This document shows positions 11,933-21,648 of a stretch of 64,000 bases of DNA, in pieces (positions within the stretch are counted from its first letter, which is position 1; each line of letters starts with the position of its first letter). Below the pieces are notes generated by a model that was not told the origin of the DNA, searched no databases, and was given only the letters and a program-made list of their open reading frames with translations. The DNA is from Sedimentisphaerales bacterium (GTDB lineage: Bacteria; Planctomycetota; Phycisphaerae; Sedimentisphaerales; SM23-30), in assembly GCA_963663805.2 (NCBI GenBank), contig CAXXMR010000008.1, positions 226,691-290,690 of the forward strand. The letters are read 5' to 3'. The position numbers and the translations under genes are program-made.

Positions 11933-13044
11933 TGAAACTATTGCAGAATATGTTCGATTCACTTCGGCCTATGTTTGAAGGCGATGGCAAATTCAAGGCC
12001 GCCAAACCACTGTTCGATGCGATGGACAATTTTTTCTTCGCCGCCAGCACCCGAACAGGCACGAGCCCTCACATTCGCGACCCGCTGGACGTTAAGCGGT
12101 TTATGTCGATGGTGATTATTGCCCTGCTGCCCTGCTTAGCGATGTCTTTGTATTATTTCGGCTGGCGGATTGTCCCGGTGATAATCGTATCGTATATGGT
12201 GGGCGGCACAATCGAAGTGCTGTTCGCAATTGTTCGGAAAGAAGAAATCAACGAAGGTTTTCTGGTCACAGGCTTGCTTTTTCCACTGATTATGCCGCCG
12301 GCGGTGCCGCTGTGGATTGTCGCGGCGGGCATAGCTTTCGGCGTACTAATCGGCAAGGAGTTGTTTGGCGGTACGGGACGCAATCTTTTCAACCCGGCTC
12401 TGCTGGGCAGGTGTTTTGTGTTTCTGGCTTATCCGAAGGCGTTGTCTTCCGGCTGGGTTCTCCCGCAGGCACAATGGCCGGGCAGGCTTGCCCAATATAT
12501 CACGCCGGAAGGAACCAATCTGTTTACCGGACAGGTCGCTGACGCGATTTCCGGGGCGACTCCGCTGGCTCAGGCCAAGCAGGGTAACTGGGCGGCAATA
12601 TCAGATTTGATTGTTGGCAATACCGCCGGCTGTATCGGTGAAACCTGTGCTATCGCGATTATCATCGGGGCGATAATACTTATCGTCTGTAAAGTATCGA
12701 ACTGGCGGACTACGGTTAGTACGCTGGGTTCTTTTCTGGTGCTGGGCGGGATTATGCACCATTTCCAGCCGAATACTTTCGGACCGGTCACGTGGCATCT
12801 CTGGGCGGGCGGACTTTTATTCGGGGCGGTGTTTATGACCACCGACCCGGTTACCAGCCCCAACACCAATCAGGGCAAATGGATATACGGCATGATTATC
12901 GGCGTGTCAACCGTGCTGATTCGTAATCTGACCGGATACGTCGAAGGGGTAACATTCGCTATCCTGCTGGGCAATATCTCAGCCCCGATTCTCGATGAAA
13001 TAGCGATACGTCAACATCAGCGGAGGTTACTGAATGAAGGATAG
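11932..13044 (+). CDS. nqrB: Na+-NQR subunit B (NqrB/RnfD family)
   Basis: PHIRDPLDVKRFM, INEGFLVTG, KELFGGTGRNLFNPAL, FMN site DAISGATPL, FMTTDPVT. Confidence 0.9.
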   Translation: MKLLQNMFDSLRPMFEGDGKFKAAKPLFDAMDNFFFAASTRTGTSPHIRDPLDVKRFMSMVIIALLPCLAMSLYYFGWRIVPVIIVSYMVGGTIEVLFAIVRKEEINEGFLVTGLLFPLIMPPAVPLWIVAAGIAFGVLIGKELFGGTGRNLFNPALLGRCFVFLAYPKALSSGWVLPQAQWPGRLAQYITPEGTNLFTGQVADAISGATPLAQAKQGNWAAISDLIVGNTAGCIGETCAIAIIIGAIILIVCKVSNWRTTVSTLGSFLVLGGIMHHFQPNTFGPVTWHLWAGGLLFGAVFMTTDPVTSPNTNQGKWIYGMIIGVSTVLIRNLTGYVEGVTFAILLGNISAPILDEIAIRQHQRRLLNEG

Positions 13045-13630
13045 CCTGAATACCATTATCTACTCCCTGGTGCTCGGCCTGACTTGTGCTCTCATACTCA
13101 CAGCCGCGGCGGAATTTGCCCGTCCCTACAAAGAAGCCAACCAGAAAGCGGAAAAGGGCCGTAATATTCTGGCGGTACTGGGAATCGAATTTGACGCGAA
13201 AATTTCCGCCCAAGAACTGGAAAAAATCCAGCAGACCAGCGTCGAGGAACGAGGTACGGGACGTTTCGCCTACGTAAAAGACGGCCAGGTTCAGGCAGTG
13301 GCGGTGGAGTTTGAAGGACCGGGACTTTGGGCGGGAATTAAAGGTTATATTTCACTTGAACCCGACATGCGCACGATTCGGGGCATAACCTTTACCGAGC
13401 AGGAAGAAACACCGGGGCTGGGCGGTGATATTGTCACACCCGGTTTTCGGAATCAGTTTAAGGATAAAAAAATTGTTGGCAGTGACGGCAAAGCGGGGAT
13501 AGCGATTACCGCTCCGGGCAGAGCTGAAGGCCAGAACGAAGTGGACGGCATCAGCGGCGCGACCATCACCTGCGGCAAAGTGGAACAGATGCTGAACAAA
13601 ACCATCGAAGAAATAGTCAAGGAAAAATAA
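13034..13630 (+). CDS. nqrC: Na+-NQR subunit C (FMN-binding)
   Basis: N-terminal TM, GPGLW, ETPGLGG, VDGISGATIT. Confidence 0.9.
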   Translation: MKDSLNTIIYSLVLGLTCALILTAAAEFARPYKEANQKAEKGRNILAVLGIEFDAKISAQELEKIQQTSVEERGTGRFAYVKDGQVQAVAVEFEGPGLWAGIKGYISLEPDMRTIRGITFTEQEETPGLGGDIVTPGFRNQFKDKKIVGSDGKAGIAITAPGRAEGQNEVDGISGATITCGKVEQMLNKTIEEIVKEK

Positions 13631-13632
13631 AC

Positions 13633-14289
13633 ATGGCCGAACAATCCAACGGCAGACATTGCGGACTCTGTTCGCTTCAGGGCAAAGGCAAGGAAACACT
13701 CCACGCTGGCCTCTGGGCGAATAATCCCATCTCGATTCAGGTGCTGGGTATCTGCTCGGCGCTGGCGGTGACCAATCGCCTGCTCAACTCACTGGTCATG
13801 GGTGTCTCGCTGATATTTGTCTGCGTGGGTTCCAATCTGTTTGTCTCACTGCTGCGAAATGTCACCCCGCGTCGAATCCGCATGATTGCCGAAGTCGCTA
13901 TTATAGCCACCTTCGTTATTCTGTTCGACCAGATACTCAAGGCCTTCTATTGGGATATGTCCAAAACACTGGGGCCTTATGTCGGTTTGATTATCACCAA
14001 CTGCATTGTAATGGGGCGGGCCGAGGCGTTCGCTTTACAGAACCCGCCCATGCTGGCGATGGTGGACGGTTTCGCTAACGGGGTTGGCTATATGATAGTG
14101 CTGGCGATTATCGGATTTTTCCGTGAGCTGCTCGGTACGGGCAGTGTAATGGGCGTGGAAATCCTTTCGGCCCAGTGGTATCTGCCCAACCAACTTATGG
14201 TACTGGCACCGGGCGCGTTCATCGCGTTGGGTTTTCTGGTAGCTTTGTTTAATGCCTTAAAAGGACCGGACGAGGAGGACAAAAAATGA
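13633..14289 (+). CDS. nqrD: Na+-NQR subunit D
   Basis: NNPISIQVLGICSALAVT, VGLIITNCIVMGRAEAFA. Confidence 0.92.
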   Translation: MAEQSNGRHCGLCSLQGKGKETLHAGLWANNPISIQVLGICSALAVTNRLLNSLVMGVSLIFVCVGSNLFVSLLRNVTPRRIRMIAEVAIIATFVILFDQILKAFYWDMSKTLGPYVGLIITNCIVMGRAEAFALQNPPMLAMVDGFANGVGYMIVLAIIGFFRELLGTGSVMGVEILSAQWYLPNQLMVLAPGAFIALGFLVALFNALKGPDEEDKK

Positions 14290-14876
14290 GTGAAACCTCG
14301 GCCTTAACTATTATTGTTGCCGCGATATTTACCAATAATATCCTGCTGGCTAACTTTCTGGGCATGTGTTCGTTTCTGGCCTGCTCCAAGCAAATCGATA
14401 CCGCCATCGGTCTGGGCACCGCTGTTACGTTTGTGATGACCGGAACCACAGCCTTGAATTACGCTATCTATTATTATGTACTCGTACCGTGGCATCTGGA
14501 CCATTTGCAGTTTATCGTGTTTATCGCGGTAATCGCGGCGTTTGTGCAGTTTGTCGAGATGTTTATCGAACGGTTCAGCCCGACATTGTATTACGCCTTG
14601 GGGATTTTCCTGCCGCTGATTACGGTTAATTGCGCTATTCTGGGCGCTTCGTTGTTTATGGTAATTCGTAATTACAGTTTTATTCAGTCGGTGGGTTTCG
14701 GCTTGGGCGGCGGACTGGGCTGGGCCCTGGCGATTATTCTCATGGCCGGCTTGCAGCAGAAAATGGGCTACAGTAATATCCCACGCCCGTTCAAAGGCGT
14801 GGCGATTGCCATGGTAATTACCGGTGTGATGGCTATGGCGTTTATGGGATTCGCCGGCATGGTAAACATCCAGTAG
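14286..14876 (+). CDS. nqrE: Na+-NQR subunit E
   Basis: FLGMCSFLACSK, LGIFLPLITVNCAILG. Confidence 0.92.
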   Translation: MSETSALTIIVAAIFTNNILLANFLGMCSFLACSKQIDTAIGLGTAVTFVMTGTTALNYAIYYYVLVPWHLDHLQFIVFIAVIAAFVQFVEMFIERFSPTLYYALGIFLPLITVNCAILGASLFMVIRNYSFIQSVGFGLGGGLGWALAIILMAGLQQKMGYSNIPRPFKGVAIAMVITGVMAMAFMGFAGMVNIQ

Positions 14877-14888
14877 GGGCTTATCTGT

Positions 14889-15983
14889 ATGGAATTTTAT
14901 TGGCATTCGATTTTAGTTTTTACCGGTGTTCTGGTCGGTCTGGCGGTCATCCTTACTATCGCTGAACGCCTGCTGGTTAATTACGGGGTTTGTCAGGTTG
15001 ATATTAACGCCGGTGAAAAAAATCTGGAAGTTGACGGCGGCCAAAGCCTGCTTTCAGCCCTGTTTGAGAACGAAATTTATATCCCCTCGGCCTGCGGCGG
15101 TCAGGGCTCTTGCGGGTTCTGTAAATGTACAGTGCTGGAAGGCGGCGGCCAGATTCTGCCGACCGAACGGTCATTCATGGACCGGCAGGAAATTCGCTCC
15201 GGCGTAAGGCTGGCTTGTCAGGTCAAAATTCGTCAGGATATGCGAATCAAAATTCCCGAAGATTTGCTCAATGTAAAGATGTTTGACGCTACCGTATTGA
15301 GTAACACCAAATTAACCTACGACATGGCTGAAATCCGCTTTACTCTCAACGAGCCAGACGAAATTTCCCAGCGGCCCGGCCAATATGTCCAGATTCAGGC
15401 CCCTTCGCCCGATGGACCGGTTTTCAGAGCTTATTCCATCAGCTCGGCAACCTATGAAAACAACGTGGTCGAACTGGGCGTAAGACTGATACCCGACGGT
15501 ATCTGCTCAACTTATCTGCACAATCTCAAGGAAGGCGAAAAAGTAACCTTCACCGGGCCTTACGGTGAATTTCGGCTTAATGAAGACCCGGAAACCGAGA
15601 TTGTCTGCGTCGGCGGCGGGGCAGGCATGTCACCTATGAAAAATATAATTTATTCGATTTACGACAAGGCCCCCGACCGGAAGGTGTGGTTGTTCTTCGG
15701 TTGCCGGACCACCAAGGACATTTTCTATCTTCAGGAATACCAGGAACTTGCGAAGAAGCATCCTAACTTCAAAGTAATCTACGCCCTGTCCGACCCGCTG
15801 GGCCCGAACGAAAGCTGGGACGGGGAAACCGGATTTATTCATCTGGCGGTTGATAAATATCTGGAGAAGGACATTCCCCGGCAGGCTTTTCTTTGCGGGC
15901 CACCGCCTATGATTGACGCGGTCATGCTTACTCTGGAGAACAAGGGCATGAAAGAGAAAGACATTTTCTACGATAAGTTCTGA
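14889..15983 (+). CDS. nqrF: Na+-NQR subunit F (2Fe-2S, FAD, NADH)
   Basis: N-terminal TM, SACGGQGSCGFC...RLACQ, RAYS, GGGAGMSP, FLCGPP, C-terminal YDKF. Confidence 0.88.
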   Translation: MEFYWHSILVFTGVLVGLAVILTIAERLLVNYGVCQVDINAGEKNLEVDGGQSLLSALFENEIYIPSACGGQGSCGFCKCTVLEGGGQILPTERSFMDRQEIRSGVRLACQVKIRQDMRIKIPEDLLNVKMFDATVLSNTKLTYDMAEIRFTLNEPDEISQRPGQYVQIQAPSPDGPVFRAYSISSATYENNVVELGVRLIPDGICSTYLHNLKEGEKVTFTGPYGEFRLNEDPETEIVCVGGGAGMSPMKNIIYSIYDKAPDRKVWLFFGCRTTKDIFYLQEYQELAKKHPNFKVIYALSDPLGPNESWDGETGFIHLAVDKYLEKDIPRQAFLCGPPPMIDAVMLTLENKGMKEKDIFYDKF

Positions 15984-16000
15984 TATTACAATCAGATATA

Positions 16001-16471
16001 TCAATCCGCCAGTTCGGGAACTTTGACAATTCTCAGGAACATTCCCAGGCGTTGGATGGCATTTACGAACTCTTCGTAGTCCACAGGCTTGGTCACATAG
16101 TTGTTGCAGCCGAGCTCATGACAGCGAGTAACCTCGCGGGGGTCGTCGGTGGTGGTCAACATAATTACCGGCAGAGAACGGAGTTGTGAACATTCCTTAA
16201 TACGTCTGAGGACCTCGACGCCATCGACTTTGGGCATTCTGATGTCTAGCAGTAGGAGGTAGGCGGTGTTTGAGTCGCGTCCTTCGGAGCCGTTTTGACG
16301 GAAGAGGAAATCGAGGATTTCCTGGCCGTCGTTGAAGTGCATTATTTCGTTTAAGATGCCTGCCCGCTTGAGGTTGCGTTTGACGAGGTTGACATGGCCG
16401 GGCTCGTCATCGGCAATTAAAACTGTTACATTCCATTCATCGTTAGTAATAACCGGTCGTTCTTTACTCAT
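16001..16471 (-). CDS. Single-domain response regulator (Rcp1-like)
   Basis: LIADD, LLLDIRMPKVDG, VIMLTT, YVTKP. Confidence 0.9.
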   Translation of the reverse strand: MSKERPVITNDEWNVTVLIADDEPGHVNLVKRNLKRAGILNEIMHFNDGQEILDFLFRQNGSEGRDSNTAYLLLLDIRMPKVDGVEVLRRIKECSQLRSLPVIMLTTTDDPREVTRCHELGCNNYVTKPVDYEEFVNAIQRLGMFLRIVKVPELAD

Positions 16472-16689
16472 TTTCGACTCCGCAAATCGTCCTGAAAGTA
16501 CTGATTTTTACTCAAAAAAAGACAAAAATATGTTTTTTTTCTAAAAAATATTGAAAAAAACACAAAAAAGACGCCAGCGTCAAAAGTTTGTCGCTCCTTC
16601 AATATTTGAGCGTGAGAGTGTTTTTTTTAGCTTGATTTGGACTTTTGACGGTTCCGTCAAAAAAAACACTTTTACGCGGTTTTATATAC

Positions 16690-17316
16690 CTAAAAACCTC
16701 CTGCCATTTGCTGAGCCTTTAGTATCGCTTTGTCTAAAGCGGTCTGGGCGGCATCTGGGCCGGCGGCGAGGGTCGGCTCTATCATGATGGATTGAATATC
16801 TTCAAAGCCAATGAACTGTAGAATCTGATTCATATATTTGCTTTGGAGGTCGTAGGTTGCGGCAGGTCCGGCATATTCTCCGCCGCGTGCGTAACAGCAG
16901 CAAACAGGCTTATCCTTGATTAGTCCCTGATAGCCGCTTTCAGGTGAAAAAGAAAATGTGTATCCGGGCTGAATAATAATGTCCAGATACTGCTTGAGGC
17001 GGTAAGGGATGGAGAAATTCCACATGGGAATACTGAAAAGATATTTGTCGGCGTCGAGAAACTCAGCGATGGTCTGTTCGACAGCTTGCCAGGCGGTGGC
17101 TTGTTCGGGAGAATGGCTTTGGCCGTGCATAAGGGCGTATTTGCCCTGAAGGGCGAGGCCGTTGAACTGAATGAGCTTTTTCTCGAAGATATTAATGGTT
17201 ATTACATCATCTGCGGGTTTGGCCTGACTATAAGCCAGGGCAAAAGCGTCGGCGATGCGGCTGGAAAATGACTTTTCGGACCGCGGCGAACATTGCAGAT
17301 AAAGAAGCGTTGCCAT
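16690..17316 (-). CDS. azoR: FMN-dependent NADH-azoreductase
   Basis: SPR..S.S, PMWNFSIPYRLKQYLD, ARGGEY. Confidence 0.9.
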   Translation of the reverse strand: MATLLYLQCSPRSEKSFSSRIADAFALAYSQAKPADDVITINIFEKKLIQFNGLALQGKYALMHGQSHSPEQATAWQAVEQTIAEFLDADKYLFSIPMWNFSIPYRLKQYLDIIIQPGYTFSFSPESGYQGLIKDKPVCCCYARGGEYAGPAATYDLQSKYMNQILQFIGFEDIQSIMIEPTLAAGPDAAQTALDKAILKAQQMAGGF

Positions 17317-17510
17317 AATTGCCTCCTGTTTCTAAGATAGCCTAAAACAAAATGAATTGCTTCGCGAAAATCAGGTGCTCCGTAAATGAAATAACCGACA
17401 AATCAGAGAATACCACAACAGCGTGGAAATATCCAGTTAAAAATCGTACACTTTTTTTTGCTAACTGATTATTGACAAATAGAGTTATAAAAACCGTAAA
17501 GGGCTTTGCA

Positions 17511-17888
17511 ATGTTAATGAAAATTCTGGCCATCGGCGTGGGGGCATTTTTGGGTGCTATCCTGAGATATTTGGTAGCCCTTGGCGCCCATAGAGTTACG
17601 CACTCCCCGTTGCCCTGGGGGACGCTGATAGTTAATGTGGTGGGGTGTTTTCTGCTGGGCTTTCTGGCGACGCTGATGATAGGGCCGCTGAAGGTTTCTG
17701 AGCCGGTGCGACTGATGCTGACGGTTGGTTTTCTGGGGGGGTTGACTACTTTCAGCTCATTTGGGTATGAAACGATGGCCTTGGCGGGGCATGGCAAATT
17801 TCTGCTGGCGGGAGCGAATATTCTGACCAATAATGTGCTGAGCCTGGTGGCGGTCTGGGTCGGGGTTAAAATGGCTCAACTGGTTTGA
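17511..17888 (+). CDS. crcB: Fluoride channel Fluc/CrcB
   Basis: GAILRY, PWGTLIVNVVG, GFLGGLTTFSSF. Confidence 0.93.
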   Translation: MLMKILAIGVGAFLGAILRYLVALGAHRVTHSPLPWGTLIVNVVGCFLLGFLATLMIGPLKVSEPVRLMLTVGFLGGLTTFSSFGYETMALAGHGKFLLAGANILTNNVLSLVAVWVGVKMAQLV

Positions 17889-18089
17889 AGAATGAATGTA
17901 CCGATTTTCCAGCGACAGAAATGACGTTTTTTTTTAGACGGATACCGGCAAAAAAACGGGCAGCGACCTGTATGGTTGCCACCCGTTCAGTTAATCACAT
18001 CAACTCATATTTGCTATGAGGCTGTTTTACTGTAAGTTTCCGGCCAAGTACACCTTGGCTGACAATTGGTGGATTGCGGTTGGGGCGGG

Positions 18090-19616
18090 TTAATTTTGCG
18101 GGGTTTTCCAGTTGGCGGGCAGGAGGGTGTCGATTTGGTTGGCGCCGGTGGTGGAGATTTTTCTGAGGACATAATTGAAATACGCGAATGGGTCGTGATT
18201 GTGGAGTTTGCAGCCGGCGACCAGGCTGTAGATTATGGCGGCGCGTTCGGCTCCGGCTTCGCTGCCGGCGAACATATAATTTTTTCGGCCAATGACTACC
18301 ATTCTCAGCGTTCGTTCCGAAAGATTATTATCGATGCTCAGCCGTGGGTCGCTGGTATAGCGGACCAGGGCATCCCACTGGTTCAGGGCGTAGGTGACGG
18401 CTTTGCCCATATTATTTTTAGGCAGAACCTGTCCCTGATACTCATCCAGCTTCGCCCGGATTTCGGCAAAGATCGGCAGGGCTTCTTCCTGGCGGGCTTG
18501 CAAAAGTTGCTCCGGCGAATATTTTTCCGCTTTTGCCCGTCGCTCGATTTCATAAAGCTTACCCCAGAGCACCATAAAATGTGCCGCCCGCACCGGGTCG
18601 CTGTCTAAAGCGTATTCAAACTTCCGCCGCGCATGCGCATTACAAGCCACCTCAACGGCATCGGTAGCCCGAAACAGTTCATCATAGCCGCTATAAGCAT
18701 CTGCATGCACAAAACCCTGATAATCTCTGCCGATAAAATTTAGCGGACCTTCGCGCGAACGCGTCGGCGTAAAATCAAACGCCACATTATAATCAGTATC
18801 GATATAAACCCACAAATAGCCCTTATACGTGGATCCTTTACGGTTTTTGCTCTTGATGGGGATGGAGGTATCATCGGTATAAATGATTTCCGACTGCTGA
18901 ATCTTCTCCCGCATACGTTTGACCAGCGGCTCCAGCAGTTCAGCGCAACTGCCCACCCAGTCGCACATGGTTGAGACGTTGATTTCCACGCCGTGCCGCT
19001 TAATAATACCTTCCAGACGGTTCAACGGCTGGTGGTCCGCATACTTGCTCGTTATGATATACGCCAGCAAACCTTCAGCGGGAATGCCTTTGTCGATCGC
19101 CATGGGCGGCAGTTCGCCAATCGAGATATTATTCTCGCAAACCTTGCAGGCGTATTTGCTTCTGACATAACGCTGAACATAAAAAGATGCGGGCACATAA
19201 TCCAGCTTTTCGGTTACTTCCTCGCCGATACGTTCTTTTTCGTTATGGCATACCGGGCAGGTTTTTTCTTCTTCGGCAGGTTCAATGTCGATAGTTTCGC
19301 GGCGCAAATTTTCCGGCAGCGGCTTGCGGCCTTGATGATTAGCATTCTTACGGCCTTTGACAACCTTGGCGCGTGAGGGCTTCTGCTGTTCAATCTTCTG
19401 TTGAACTTCCTCGTAAAGATTTTCAAACAACAAACGCTGAGCCGGATCGAGCTTTTCGCTTTTCTTGCCGAACAACTGCCGCTTGAGATAATACAACTGG
19501 CCGCTGAGATCATCAATCTGACCCAACAGCGTCAGAACCATCTCTTTAAGAGTGGCAACATCATCGGGAAGCTGCTCGACAGAGCTTTGAGCGGTTATCT
19601 TTTCAGCCATCATCAA
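18090..19616 (-). CDS. tnpC: IS66 transposase TnpC
   Basis: LFGKKSEK, zinc ribbon CPVC..CKVC, YTDDT, HADAYSGY, CNAHARRKF, IDNNLSER. Confidence 0.95.
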   Translation of the reverse strand: MMMAEKITAQSSVEQLPDDVATLKEMVLTLLGQIDDLSGQLYYLKRQLFGKKSEKLDPAQRLLFENLYEEVQQKIEQQKPSRAKVVKGRKNANHQGRKPLPENLRRETIDIEPAEEEKTCPVCHNEKERIGEEVTEKLDYVPASFYVQRYVRSKYACKVCENNISIGELPPMAIDKGIPAEGLLAYIITSKYADHQPLNRLEGIIKRHGVEINVSTMCDWVGSCAELLEPLVKRMREKIQQSEIIYTDDTSIPIKSKNRKGSTYKGYLWVYIDTDYNVAFDFTPTRSREGPLNFIGRDYQGFVHADAYSGYDELFRATDAVEVACNAHARRKFEYALDSDPVRAAHFMVLWGKLYEIERRAKAEKYSPEQLLQARQEEALPIFAEIRAKLDEYQGQVLPKNNMGKAVTYALNQWDALVRYTSDPRLSIDNNLSERTLRMVVIGRKNYMFAGSEAGAERAAIIYSLVAGCKLHNHDPFAYFNYVLRKISTTGANQIDTLLPANWKTPQN

Positions 19617-19729
19617 TCCGTAACGTTTAGTAACTTCGTCATCCTTAACGATGAGATTATGATAAGCGAAATGATGAAAAAAGCAAGCATAAAAATGAGA
19701 AAATATGTAATATTCTTAACTCTAAGAGC

Positions 19730-20089
19730 CTATAGCGAGCTTTTACGCTCATAGCGTTTTCGGCGGCGACTGCGAAATAAATCAATGCCTTCCAGTATCC
19801 AGCTTAGCTTGGCAATATCAACTTCGATTGATGCCTGATTATTTTTGCCGGGGATTTTTTCAAACGTGCCTTCCTCCAGCCGCTTATACCAAACGACGAA
19901 TCCGGTGCGGTCCCAGAAAAGAATCTTACATTTGTCGCCGCGTTTATTGAAGAACACAAACAGATGGCCGCTGAACGAATCTTGAAGCATGAAGTTTTCC
20001 GCCAGCATCGAAAGCTTGTTAAAACCGCAACGCATATCCGTCGGCTGAGAGTAAATGAAAATCTTCACCGCCGGGGGCAGAGTTAGCAT
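19730..20089 (-). CDS. tnpB: IS66 accessory protein TnpB
   Basis: PTDMRCGF, KILFWDRTGF..WYKRLEEGTF. Confidence 0.93.
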   Translation of the reverse strand: MLTLPPAVKIFIYSQPTDMRCGFNKLSMLAENFMLQDSFSGHLFVFFNKRGDKCKILFWDRTGFVVWYKRLEEGTFEKIPGKNNQASIEVDIAKLSWILEGIDLFRSRRRKRYERKSSL

Positions 20090-20433
20090 AGCTTTGCCTG
20101 TTTTAGCGCGGAAAGAACGCCGGTTAAAAATGCATCGTCGATATTTGAAGGTATCCGCAATGTATGGCCAGCCGCCAGAACAAGCTCCAGAGAACCGGGC
20201 TGGGACGGGGGCATCGAAACGCGAATGAAGGCCTCCGGCTGCGCCTCTGACTTGCTGTCGTAATCAGAGTTTCGGGCTTGGGTCAGACGCCTGCGCCAGG
20301 AATAAAAAGATGGCTCAGATAAACCTTCCTGCCGACAAAACTGACGAACGGATAACCCACTGGATTGAAATGTCTCCAGCACCATCCGCCAAAACTGCCG
20401 CTGTTCCGTATCAGATTTTCGCGCTTTGCCCAT
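20083..20433 (-). CDS. tnpA: IS66 accessory protein TnpA
   Basis: SGLSVRQFCRQEGLSEPSFYSWRRRL HTH. Confidence 0.9.
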   Translation of the reverse strand: MGKARKSDTEQRQFWRMVLETFQSSGLSVRQFCRQEGLSEPSFYSWRRRLTQARNSDYDSKSEAQPEAFIRVSMPPSQPGSLELVLAAGHTLRIPSNIDDAFLTGVLSALKQAKLC

Positions 20434-20526
20434 GATTGCCTCTCCATTAAATCATGAGCCGTATTATCAATTTTTCAAAGAACCCCGCAAGATGCACTTG
20501 GCCGGAACCTTACTAGTGTTCGAACT

Positions 20527-21096
20527 TTGATAGATTGTAATTCTGATACTGTTAGTAGCTACACTTATGATTCATTTGGTAATAGGTTTGAAGCAGAAAC
20601 CTATGAAAATCCCACAGTAGAAAACCCCTATCAGTTCGCCGGCTACCGCTGGGACCAGGACGCCGAAATGTTCTACTGCAACGCCCGCTGGTACAACCCA
20701 GAAATCTACCGCTTCACCGGTCGTGATCCGGTAAGAGGTAAGTATAAGGAGCCGTTGACACTTCATGCTTATTTGTATTGCGTGAACGACCCAATAAATA
20801 ACAAAGACACAAATGGGAAATGCTTTTTTACCATAGCGGGTTTTTTAGCTGGTTCCGCTATTCGGTTGTATTTGCAAGGAGAAGATAATGCTAGGGTTGG
20901 AGCTACTGTAACTGTCGCCTTGTCATTTATTGGTGTAATCATGGACTATTACCTATTTTGGCCAAAAGTACAGTCTGTTGTTGATAGGTTTGGTGGTAAG
21001 CAGACGCAAATACCAACAGAGAAAGGTATCAATAAAATGGATGAAAATGAAATTATAGATAAATTTATTGAAAACCAACAAAAAAACTCGGGATAA
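20527..21096 (+). pseudogene. Orphan Rhs core tip with hydrophobic C-terminal extension, 5'-truncated at IS66
   Basis: YTYDSFGN, NPYQFAGY.WD, YCNARWYNP..RFTGRDP, YLYCVNDPINNKDTNG. Confidence 0.85.
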
Positions 21097-21121
21097 ATAA
21101 TCAAATATTAAGGGATGTAAT

Positions 21122-21358
21122 ATGAGAAAAAAACACACGATAAAACCTATATTATGGTCACTAACGATTATAGTGTTTGTCTGGCTTGCAATTATTACAG
21201 GCAAGATGCGGGACTAGCCTATCTTCGGAATTGTTTTATTATTTCTTTCTTTTGTTCTTCATAGTTTTTTATTAGATATTCACTATACGAGCATCAAAAA
21301 ACAATATGGTAAAATCGAAGAACATTTAAGATACTTAAGTAAAAAAGAAGGTAGCTGA
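21122..21358 (+). pseudogene. Small 2-TM protein with in-frame TAG (candidate immunity)
   Basis: MRKKHTIKPILWSLTIIVFVWLAIITGKMRD*PIFGIVLLFLSFVLHSFLLDIHYTSIKKQYGKIEEHLRYLSKKEGS; TAG at 21215-21217. Confidence 0.55.
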
Positions 21359-21432
21359 ATTGAAGTGGTCAAAAGTGAACTCTATGAAAATTTTAATCTT
21401 GTGTTTATGAAAAAAAACATTACATTATTTTT

Positions 21433-21648
21433 ATGGCACTTGCTTTTTTTTACGGAGCGGTGGTTTTGGGTTGGTCAGTTTTCTCAGGCTATAGGAAGCA
21501 GTGGGTAGAATTTGGTGTTGGCTTGTTTCTTTGTTCGATAGCAGTTTTTTTAATTATATCATTTGAGAACTACAGAAAAACAATGAAACAAATCTATAAG
21601 ATAAACAATAAGCTTGACCAGCTTGTCGAAAAACAAGAAGCCAATTAG
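21433..21648 (+). CDS. Small 2-TM protein (candidate immunity)
   Basis: Two hydrophobic helices plus charged helical tail; same layout as the preceding ORF. Confidence 0.55.
   Translation: MALAFFYGAVVLGWSVFSGYRKQWVEFGVGLFLCSIAVFLIISFENYRKTMKQIYKINNKLDQLVEKQEAN

Larger units (their letters stand above)
18032..20513 (-). mobile_element. IS66-family insertion sequence
   Basis: Terminal IRs GTAAGTTTCCGGCCAAGTACACCTT and GTAAGGTTCCGGCCAAGTGCATCTT; tnpA-tnpB-tnpC inside; no target duplication. Confidence 0.95.

Noticed and set aside
17320..17510. Fluoride riboswitch upstream of crcB
   Set aside because: No recognisable crcB-motif sequence
18021..18033. 13-bp GCTGTTTTACTGT repeated at 24762
   Set aside because: Matches of this length are expected by chance in 64 kb, and it overlaps the IS end
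20472..20483. boxA-like GTTCTTTGAAAA in the IS66 end
   Set aside because: Falls in the spacer of the probable tnpA promoter, so it is unlikely to be transcribed
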